The position numbers were made by a program, and so were the translations under genes. A DNA stretch of 64,000 nt from Antedon mediterranea (taxonomy: Eukaryota; Animalia; Echinodermata), in NCBI RefSeq assembly GCF_964355755.1, contig NC_092679.1, forward strand, positions 4,990,201 to 5,054,200. The letters are read 5' to 3'. Positions 13,301-23,876 of the stretch are shown one piece after another; the first letter of the stretch is position 1; every line of letters begins with the position of its first letter. The notes beneath the pieces were generated by a model. It was not told the DNA's origin. It saw nothing but the letters and a program-made list of their open reading frames with translations, and did not search any database.

Positions 13301-13683
13301 AACACCAAACCTACTGATCGTACCATCAAATCTTAGATACTTTATAAAGGTAATTTGTGATTATTTAATTATAAATATATCTCTTTCCTTGCTCATAGTT
13401 TGAGAGTGCCACACAGTACATCATTAAGTAATATTTAGGTGTATAGTTTAACAAACTGTTTAAAAACTACAGCTCAAAAAACCATAAAATGATTTTAATG
13501 TTTTCTTCTCAACTTTTTGAATTGTTTCAACAGGAAGTTGATGGCTGTCTATGCGTCAACCCTGGACGTCTGACCAAGGGTCAAGTTGGTGGCACCTATT
13601 GCCGTCTTGTAGTCCAGCCAGCAGAGAATAGTCAAGGTAAAGGTGTGGCATCACGATCAGCAGCTCAAATTCTTCGTATATAG
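7332..13683 (+). CDS. POLA2: DNA polymerase alpha subunit B (15 exons, about 599 aa)
   Basis: Exons 7332-7419, 7834-7955, 9190-9272, 9476-9527, 9795-9904, 10093-10280, 10755-10843, 10964-11182, 11294-11464, 11939-11977, 12141-12208, 12326-12449, 12865-12974, 13163-13349 and 13534-13683 total 1800 nt in frame. Motifs TPSQKY, ICCDSNGRLN, FSLFPGQVVAMDGTN, GPFTTSD, TSTDILFHLGAEEIS, YYPLYPP and CVNPGRLTKGQVGGT match POLA2. Confidence 0.97.
8591..8941. mobile_element. MITE family A, full length, with TTAA on both sides
   Basis: ttaa|agatgt..tattgtcccc ... ggggacaatatatct|ttaa. Confidence 0.85.
9273..9475 (+). other. U12-type (minor spliceosome) GT-AG intron, POLA2 intron 3
   Basis: 5' splice site GTATCCTTT, branch site TCTTTAAC (9453-9460) about 15 nt before the AG, no polypyrimidine tract. 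The frame is preserved (QEI-MDT). Confidence 0.88.
9668..9783. repeat. 12-bp tandem repeat (aaacatgtgatc)n
   Basis: Several exact and degenerate units just upstream of POLA2 exon 5. Confidence 0.8.
11590..11891. mobile_element. MITE family A copy
   Basis: tatgtattgtcc ... gggggacaata..catct, with the same internal sequence as other copies. Confidence 0.8.
12496..12723 (-). mobile_element. tRNA-derived SINE family 1
   Basis: Reverse-complement match to 34536-34715 and 37253-37484, with A-box, B-box and A-rich tail. Confidence 0.85.
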
Positions 13684-14907
13684 CAAGGTAATTAAATGAG
13701 ATTTGTTTTAAATCTGTTACTCAAATTGTAACATCAGTTACCTTGCGACGGGACTCAACATCTCAAAAACATGTTACAGTATGTTACAGAATTTTTATCA
13801 TTTTTAATTTCCTGTTCAACGAGAATTTGACTTTATTATTTATTTAACACAAATAGAAACACTGTTAAAGGATAAAAACGTGTTTTACTTAATCTAGCGC
13901 CAAATTGAACTAAAAAAGATGTGGCTGGCTAAGAATACCATTTATGTTGAACAGTACCTCATGCCGTACTGTAGTTGAATTTAAATGCGTGGATTAGTGT
14001 CAAAATATAACGATTATATTCTGATATTTCTATACAATTATAAATGTTTTCACCGCTGGTGGTAAAACGACTTCTACTAAACATAACTAGTTTGTAAATA
14101 CTAAAAAGAAATTAAATGCAGAAAGAATTGAGAATGAAAGTCACAAGCTAATTAATATTTCACCTCAATCTCAAACAATAAAATCTACAAAAAGTATAAG
14201 TGATATTTTTTGTTAATTTATTAATACAAATTTGTATATAAAATAATAATTCTTATATTCTCAAGAAATGTTTTTTTTACAATAAAAGCAAGTGCTCTAT
14301 CAGGTGTCTGATATTTGATTTGTTTCATGATAAAATGAAGGAAATTTGGTTTCCTTTAGTAATGATAGTGTTCCCTTTTCTGTGTATTTACAAACAAAAT
14401 TGAGTTAAGAAATATTTGTTACAAATACGACAGCATTTGAATCATAATGCTGTAGATAGGCTGAAACAACAAAAATACATAGAACTAGAACACAACTTGT
14501 TATTTCTTTTATTGCAACACATTATTAGAAAAAAAAAATCACATTCACATACAAAATATTTTAAACTTGTTTTTGTTCAAGGTGATCAGCATTGCAGACA
14601 AAAGTTAACAAAATATAAAGTAGATAGTTTAGCCACAAACTCATGGATTAGCCTCTTAAATTAAATGGCACCAATATAATAAAATGGAAAGACATTAATT
14701 TTTTTTCAAGTTAATTTTCTGTTCTGTTAAAACATACATGTAGGTTTTAGATGTGTCACAGACTAAATAAATCCAATTTATGGATACATTTTATTTAGTG
14801 TGAAGACAGAAAACATAGTATACATATACCATACATATCTTTATAGGTTAGTTTTTTTGCACCATTCATATTCCTCAGTTGATGTCTAAACAATACTCAG
14901 ATCTCGT

Positions 14908-17900
14908 TTAGAGCCACATTTTGAATTTAAAGAAAGCTTGTAAGTCAGGGTCATTGACATCTTTATAGTTGACACCAGCGTACACATTCTTTAGTAACTC
15001 ATTCTTGAACTTTGACTCCAGAATCTCTACATACTTTTCTAAACAACCTGGAAAGAAACAATTAGTTTGTCACTTAAACTGACGTACACTTCCAATTCTT
15101 GAAATGTTGGAACAGTTGGTGTGCTTACTTAAGCTCTGTCCACACCAGAGGTTTTACTCTTCCCTGGTCTACACTATAAAATTGTATGCGACAACAAAAA
15201 ATGAGATGTGTTCATACAGTATATGGACACACAATGATGTCATTTTACTACCATATTTGAGCAGATCACACTTTTGATAGTGTAGACAGAGCTTAATTTT
15301 GTTATATAATTTTCTTCAGGGCACCCATCACTGCTTACCAGGAATACATATTGAAAACAGTACAACTTTACACTACAGTAACTTTAGTTTTTATTTTTAG
15401 TTTAGTTCTCATAGCAATTGTCAATTCCTATGTAGTGAAATTTTGATAAAAATTATACAAACCTATTCCCATCACTCGGCCCCATGCGATCAGATGAGGT
15501 TCTAATCGAGGGTCATCAAATTTCTGGTTCTTCATCAGTATTCGCACGATCTCTCCGTGTATGTATGCATCGTCAAATGAGGAGGATTCTGGGAAGGGGA
15601 ACCGGGAATAAACATCTACCGCTTTCATTTGGTCTTTCTTGATTAGAAGATCAGCGAGTTCTATATAGGCATCATGAAGCTAAATAGATAAAATATGATT
15701 AATGGTTTATTTTAAGGCATAGTTGTATTCAGAATAATTGATTTTTTAAAAGATATGTTTTTCTAGATATTCCATTTATTACTGACCTGGGGTGCCATTA
15801 TAATGATGTCATTATACAACATATGTGATTCTTCACTGTCCTCATTTTCTTTGGCTAGCACTCTTGCTAAGCCTAGTCTTGGCTGGTAACTTATCCTGTT
15901 CAAAGGAGTGTTAGCAGGTACTGTGCTTGCTGGCATTGGTTCTATCAGAGAAGAAAGTAATGTTAGCCTTGAAGAATATTATATACAGTAACCACCTGAC
16001 ACGTTAGATTCTTTTTATTTGTGGAATGACTATATTGATAGAAAAGATAGTTCCCATAACATTCTATATTTTGGTTTCCAATGGCTTTGAGTCATTAGCT
16101 ATAATAATATATATATTAGCTATAATTATAATACAGTACCTTCTTTTTTATCCGTAGCCTGTTGCTTAGATATTGCTGTAGCTGAGCCCTTGGCAGGTCC
16201 TCCCCTGTTAGCAGTTGTTTTAGTCACAGTACCCCTAGTAGCTGCTTTTGCTGCAGTACTCTTATTTGGTAATGCTGCTTTAGCAGGGGCTGGTTTCCCT
16301 CGATTTGCTGCTGCTGCACCCCTAACCGGAGTCACCTTAGTTCCGCTAGCTGTAAAATAAAAAACAAAAGTTTACGATATCAAGATGTTGGTATACTATT
16401 TTAAACACCTTGTTGAGAAAGACTATAAGTGTTTTTTATAGACTTACTTGGTGTTACTTTGCTAGCTGTAGCACCCCTACCTCTTCCAACAGGTTTTGTT
16501 ACCCCTCCTCTTGACGCCAGACCACCTCTTGTTGCCGGTTTTGTCTTTGCTGTCACTGCAGCAGCTTTTTCTTCCTTTTCCTTCTCTTTCAGCTTCCACC
16601 ATTCTTGATCTGCAAAACACAATCATTGATTTTCTAAAGTATATATACCAAAAGAACCATCATCATCAGCGAATTTCCGCAATTAAACTTTATTGTTATT
16701 GAGAAACCAACATACCTTTTAACTGCTTTGGTATGTCTCCTCCGGCAATTGGCTGCCCCTCTTGTGCAATGCTAGCTCTGAATGATAACTGAGCCTGCTG
16801 TAGGCTAGTCTTGCTTTCAACTGAGCTAGGCTGGTTATCATAGAAAGCTAGTTGAGCATTCCCTAACAGGCAGAGTGCCTGGCTATTGGTTGGTTGGATA
16901 ATTACACCTGTCTGACAAGTCTGTTGAGAGAAAGTGTTTTATTTTTATCATTTTGTTTGTGGGAGTAGAATTATTCTTACCTCTGTCAATTATCAACATT
17001 ACCTTAGTTTGCAAGTTCATTAACTCCTGATTTTTAGGTAATGTTGAGCAGCGAATAAAAGCAGATAACTGCTGACAACGTTTAGCGATCCATTTGGTTT
17101 TACTTGATTCATTTGTCAGCATCAAGTTTAGTAAGTTAGAATGGCAGTCAAGTAGAATCCATTCCATTGACTGATAGGTGTTTGCACGAGCAGACAGGTT
17201 GCAGAGGTTCCGAGCTGCTAAGGTGCTACAGCTACACAGGAAATGAAATTATAACTATGTTTACACACTCTATTGTAGTTACATATAGTCACTTTCATTT
17301 ATAGCCATGCATGTGAGGTATATAATAACGTTTTGCTAAAATTCAAACAAGAGAAGAATAAGTTGTGTACAAAAATTGGAATTATATTGGTTTTATCAGA
17401 GTATACCGATCACACAGGTACTTTTGTTAACTCTCATGTGATTTATATCAGTAGCTTAAATTGATTCTATATGCATGTTTAACTTTTGTGTGTGAACACA
17501 ACTAAAGCCTATCTATATCATTCTCATTTTAAATTTTAAAACACATTAGGTAATAAGGAACAAACAATACCAGTGAAATATCTGTTTAGCTCCCATTGAC
17601 TTTTCCTTAGGCAACTTATCCTGAATAGAAGCAAGGTGGAGAAAACCTTTGAAAAGTGCCACTGTTGTTGCCCTCCATAGATCCTCTGAGTTTAGGTCAA
17701 ATTCAGGATCTCTAGATAAGAAATGAAAGGTTAGTTAGACTGTTGGCGAGTTTCCATCTTGAATTATTAAGGGTTTTTGACACACCGCATTCAAGTTATT
17801 TTCCAAATAAAACCTGGTTATACTGGCCTTTTTCTAGTGATAAAGGATATATGAATCATTGTAAAAAAATTCTTATTTACCCACAACCAATGTTATCTGC

Positions 17901-20900
17901 ATTGGCTAGGCTCAATTCTAAGAACTTTTCCAAGCCCTCATGGAGGTATGTAACAGCCTCTTTAGCTCTTGAGCCAGAATCAGACTTGTGCTCCATAATT
18001 GATAAGCCTAAGTAAAATCTGTGAAAGAAAACAGAAGAAAGATGCTTTGCAATTAGTATGTTTTGACATCGAGAATGTAGGTAGTAGGAACAACAATTAT
18101 ATGTTAGAGGTTGTGAGAGAGCGGTTAGTTTCAAACTTGTTCTTAAACTGTTTTTTAAATGTCAGCTTTCCACCAACTGATTTCTGAAAGTACCAGTGAT
18201 ATACTATTATTATATTGTGAAACTTATGTTAACCTCGGAATACGAAAACGAAAATATTTAGTTAAATGATTAAAGAATTTACCTTGCAATAGTAAACTGT
18301 GGTTTCAATCCAACAGCCAACTCTAGCCTCTTAATGGCTTCATCTGGTTTGTCCTGCATAAGCAATAGACGTCCTACATGGACATTATATAAAGCATTGT
18401 TCTGATCTAAGCTTAGAGCATCCTGGAACTTCAAAAATGCTTGGCCTAAGGGGTTCTGTTGGTCTGCTGCTGCTTGTGCTGCCTTGCCATCCTGAGAAAA
18501 ATGTTCATAAATATTATTATTATCTACTACTCATTGGATGATGATGGAGAAGGAAAGGGTTGGCTTGAAAATTCAGCCAGCAGTCCACAGCAATAAAGAG
18601 GGCCCAAAGAGGATAGATGAGGTGAGACTTATTAGACAGATATTTTATAATTTAACATTATAACATATTACCTTTGTAGCTTGCTTTGATTTCCATATGT
18701 ACAAGCCCTGAACATAATCAGCTTTCCCTGACTGTCCCGACTCCAGCAAGAATTTGTACTCTTCATCAATTGCTTGGAGAACTCTAGACAATGGAGCCTT
18801 AGGATCAACTCCACGTTGCTGGCATATTCTTCCAATTTCTTCCTCCTTTCCTGTCTCTTTCGCATTCAAAGTTAAGCTTCCAAAATCATCAGCAACATCT
18901 TCCTTTAAATAAAAAAAAAAAAAAAAAAAATTACAATTAAGTCATGTAAGTAGAAAATAATATTGTGATGAGCAGAACAAAATTCATCTCATTGTGGACT
19001 ATTCAAGGCCTACTGTTACAAATACAAGGCACATCATAACAGTAATTTTAACAGCTGTTAACCAGGCAAGATTGACGATCCAGTTTATCTAGGCAAGGCT
19101 AGGCCCTCTCTAGCTTGTTTTGGAAAAGACATCACCTCTTTCTTCAGGCCGTACATGTCTTCAGCATAGTATTTTTCTTCCATGAGTAGGCCTAGCTTGA
19201 AGTGAAGCTCGGCATCTTTAGGCTTTTTTCTAATTGCACAGGCTATGCTAACAGTGGCGTTATGAAGGTGGTCTATTGGTATGTTTGCATCACGAACTGT
19301 TTGGCCTACAGAAAATACAAAGAGTTTGATTTAATTGAACTTCCAACACAATAAAGGTTTCTGCTACCAGAATTGCTTTCTGGTCTTCATGACTTTATTA
19401 AATGTTGATATTACTGCAGTACAGTAGTGTTCTACTGCAGAACAGTTAGTGTTCTAATGCAGTGCATCACAGTAGTGTCTTCTGCTGTACTGTTCTGCTG
19501 TTTTACCTGGTTTTGGTAAGCTATTTCTGTAGTTTTTAATCATCGTTTTAGCATTTTGTAAGAGATCATCTACATTGCCCCCGCCAACTACTTCTTGTAA
19601 AGACTTCTCCCATTGATGCTCCTAAAACATAAATTTGATTTGACATTGAAAAGAAACATTGATAATGAGTGATACAAATAGTACATTATTACATAGCATT
19701 TGTGTACATATTTAGCTAGGATTTTCTGGTATTTTAAACAATTAAAATATGGAAAAGAAGAAGATAACAGATTACAGTACCTTGTAGGAATGTTTGATTT
19801 CACGATTGGTGAATTTTCCAGTACAGAGATTGGCATTGTGCCAATCCATCTCACTTTTGGTTACTTTATGACTACAGCTACTACATGTCTCTTTTTCTAT
19901 CTGTGAATACGTGTTTTAATTATTATTATTTATTTATTTTTTATTATTGCGAGGTATATAACCTAAACCTGAATAACATCCTGAAGAGACTACCTTAATG
20001 TTACCTGTATTTTTTATTTATTTACACTAGGTTAGCAGGTCCAGTAATAATCTGTTACTGTGTGCGTACTAGTACACCGCTGAGGCAAATCCCCACCCCC
20101 TACACGTCTCCAAAGATGTACTAGGTTCTTTAAAGTGCACATGAGCCAGATGTGTACAATGGACGTACAATTTATAGTCCAAGAAGACTCGTTCTACCAC
20201 CAGAACCATGGAACAAATAAGCCTCGAACCCTTGTCGATGTTGTGGCTGCTTAATTAATGTTTAACTGTCTTAACCGTATATTTTAGTTATATCTTACCT
20301 CATCATTTTCCCCAGTTATTGGTTTCAGATGACAATTCTTGATATGATTTCCTAGTTCAGAATACTCCATCTTTGCTGTACAACCTAGAAATTAATTAAT
20401 TTGTTAATTTCAATGACAAGTATTGCTATATTAGTATGATTTATGCTATTTATATAGTAAGGTTGTGTGTATGTTAGTGGTGTACACTATTGCTTGGTTC
20501 CCACTAGAGACACAATGCAAGTATGTTATGCAAAGTAAGGGATTTGACCAATCACAAGCGATGGATTATTCAAAAAATCGCTTGTGATTGGTCAAGTTGC
20601 TTAGGTTACCCATGACAAATATGAATTATTACCAGAATATTGTTTTTTAAATAAGTTCAGCTTTAACACACCTAAATATGAATATATACACTTCACATTT
20701 ATTGCTGACAATTCCGTGTCCATTTTTTCTTCAACTAATTTCCAATCGCCGTCCAATGGTGTTTCATCTAATGGATCAATCTTGGATGTCCGTGTAAGGA
20801 GTTCAATGATTGGTTCACTGAATACATGCTTAGGGTCAGATTCTTTGATACTGATTGGTCTATACAATGGGCCTAAGGTCACAGGGCATTCATACTTCAT

Positions 20901-22501
20901 AGCAATAGGTGGGTCTTCAAAGTTGACAATAGCTGGGAGCCACTTCCTGATAATATTGATGACATAGATCTGATGAAATAAAGAATAAAATGTATATAGA
21001 CAAATAACATAAGAATGTTAATTGTAGTCCAAAAGGTCTTGAATTAATTACCTTTTCAGGAAACCAAACTTTAAACTCGCAAATATATATTTTGGCCCAG
21101 CAAAATGATGGTACCGGTAGGTATTGACAACATTTCTAGATCCATGTACTGTATATATGCAGTAACTAAAAATAATATCTGGGTTCTTTAAAGTAGGCCA
21201 CATGACCATATCACAGCTCTTTTCAAAACTTTTCTTTGCGAGTTTCTGTAAAATAAAATTGTACCTGGGTATTTGACCCATCTATTGAGGTGACTTTTAT
21301 TTCAATGGTTGTATCACCAACATTTAGGCCAACTTCTGATTCCGCCGACGATTCCCCATTCACAGTTACCGACGTCTTTTTGTCGGGTGCTTTTGCCTTT
21401 ACACTGAGCATGCTCAGACTGCATGGAACAATGCCTGCAAATTAGAATGTTTAAAAAGTTTATTGTAAAAGGTTTTTTATAGGATGCAATTAAAATATCC
21501 TTTTTTTGTGTCTTTTTTTTTCCAAAATAAACACCTAGTGACCAAACAAATTATATTTTAAGTGCTTCTTTTACTGACGCCCGTATTCTTAAACCGGACT
21601 TTAGTCGTAGTTTGCACAAATACAGTATTTTTTTTACTTATGTTGTTATAGTTATCCAATGGTATAGAATGCCAAAGCGATACATATTCGATGCTTGTTT
21701 AAATTAATAATAATTTAGTATGTTAAATACAAAAGCCTACTTGTATAGTTAGTTACTGTGGTACTGAAATCTGGTGTGAGCTGTCCAATAGATAGTGTAA
21801 TGCTGCTAAGAGTAGCATCTTTTGCTGAAAGCCTCTTAACATTGATCTTGTAGAATTTAGTGGTTCCATCTTCAGCTGACACTTCTATTTTGAGTACGGT
21901 GACATCATCTTCTTTCAATGGTAATGTCTTGCTGCCTTCACTTCCCTGGAAAAAAGATGTAGTGACTTCGTACTTCGTTTCCCTAAATTCAATGCATTTG
22001 TCACCTACTACTTGGACCTCTAGACTAAGCCTACCTCCTACTACATTCTAGCTAGGCCTATTAATATTAATCCTAAATACAAACATATTAGTTACCGAGT
22101 TGGCCGTAGGTAGCTAGGATGACAAGTTCTGGTAACAGTTTCATTTAGGCCTAGTTCATACTTAATCTAGGCCTAGCTAGGCATTATCTGTATAATCTAG
22201 ACTAGTTCTAGGTTAGTTAGGCCTAGACTAGAGAATCAATCAATCATCAGGCCTCTCTATCCAGTTTATCTAGGCAAGGCTAGGGCCTAGCTAGGCCCTC
22301 CCAACAAGCTCCTAGGCCTAGCTTGTTTCGGAAACTCACAATGATTTGATAGCTTGCATTACTGTCGCTGGTTAAGCAACTTATAGTAATTTGTGCAACA
22401 TCACTGGGTACAGTCACGCTATATTCAGTTGTGTTTCTTGCAAACTTTGGACTCAACGTTCCGGGTTTTACAGACAGTTTTTCAAGATCACAGTCATCCA
22501 T
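14908..22501 (-). CDS. Uncharacterised protein: two cadherin-like beta-sandwiches, U-box-like module, two TRAF-type Zn fingers, TPR repeats and a basic low-complexity linker (19 exons, about 1117 aa)
   Basis: Exons 22501-22340, 21945-21741, 21434-21265, 20969-20672, 20384-20299, 19900-19781, 19621-19507, 19305-19136, 18902-18672, 18491-18283, 18018-17881, 17711-17571, 17231-17003, 16911-16716, 16609-16448, 16349-16140, 15941-15787, 15679-15463 and 15047-14908 total 3354 nt in frame with GT-AG introns. Motifs: LSPKF..TTEYSVTVP..IEVSAEDGTTKFYKINVKR (twice), CPVTLGPLYRP..DPLDETPL, C-x5-C-x11-H-x3-C, and TPR-like helices. Confidence 0.85.
15132..15293. mobile_element. MITE family B copy
   Basis: agctctgtccacac ... 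gtgtagacagagct. Confidence 0.75.
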
Positions 22502-22585
22502 ATTTTGACGATTGTTCAATTTATTTTTATTTTACTTCTTCTGCAGATTGTTTTTGTTGTTGTTTGGACCCTGGCGTCCCTTGCA

Positions 22586-22623
22586 ACCAATCAAAAAAGG
22601 TCAAATTTACTCAAGCGCGAAAA
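22586..22623 (-). promoter_or_regulatory. CCAAT box and E2F-like site upstream of the U-box/TPR gene
   Basis: CCAAT at about 22587 and GCGCGAAA at 22615-22622, roughly 100 nt upstream of the ATG at 22501. Confidence 0.4.
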
Positions 22624-23876
22624 ACTTTGTTAATCTCTAGAGGGCGGCCCTGAGATAATTATTTTTTTCGCCCTTGAAAAAGACGCTAAGCGTCTTCTAT
22701 ATGGGAACGTGTATCCTATATATCGGAGTATTTTATTTCTAAATTGGTATATTTATGAGTTTAGATTCCGGAAATATACAATGCTCGACCTCGGGTACAC
22801 AATGAATCAATGTTCACATCAAAGGATGCAGTACAGTACGATTTTATTCATGAAACTTGTAAAATATAATAAATCTCTCTCCATTATCTAGGCCTCTAGC
22901 CCACACTAGAAAAATATATATGATTCTATATTATGTAATAAGCTTTATGAAAGCATTGCCACTAGATCCCTATAATACAATATAGAAATATTGATCGAAA
23001 ACTGTCATTTTAATTAAAATAAAAATTTAAAATATATTCGATATACATATTTAAATAATAGACTTATAAGGGACTATTCAATCGTAGTTCGGATTTTGGA
23101 AAATTAGTGTCCACTTAGCCTAGTCTGGTTGGTGAATATACTTTTTTCTGTGGCATTAGTATTGAATATATCTAATCCAATATTTAGGCGAGACCAATTT
23201 TATTGTAGACCTAGGCCACCAAATCAGAGTGCAAACATATTTCAACGATAAGGCCTACGAAGGGCTCTTCCCGCCATTAAACATTGTTGTTCATTAATTA
23301 ACTTATGGCAAGTACGGGCTTGCATACCGTCATGTCTATACTATTTAAACTATACTATTATTACTACATATATATATATATATATTATAATAATCACACA
23401 CAAAACACAATGAAATATGTTTAACATTGTGTTATAATGATAGATACACCTTGGAAATTATCACACATTTGTACTAGCTCATTGTTTTTACCCGTTACTG
23501 TGTGCCTCCTATTGACATTGATATTTGCATAGTTATTCGCCAAAACATAAAAATGTGTTGACTTTTTTGACCGTCCTAATCTAATAATTTAATCATAAAT
23601 ATTTGTTGATTGTATTGAAGCTATAGAATTCAAACACTCATCTTTTAAAGAATACTATTAGTAGTGCAGCTGCTCTGTATATAGTTTTGGCTACGTTACA
23701 TTGCTGTGCGTTTTTTGTGCAGTTTTACCATTAATTTAAGACATTAAGGATTGGAAACCTGCAAACATCGAACGTCATTGTTAACCTGTTATTTAATATA
23801 TAATTATATATTTAATTATATACAAATCTGATTATCCCTATTAGTTTCAATCAAATGTCTGCATGTCCAATACTTT

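Noticed and set aside
17841-17852. Second U12 (AT-AC) donor ATATCCTTT on the minus strand
   Set aside because: The exon already ends at a canonical GT donor (17880) that keeps the frame, and no matching AC acceptor is needed.
22574-22588. RFX X-box suggesting a ciliary gene
   Set aside because: Only one good half-site (GCAAC); the spacing and the other half do not fit the consensus.
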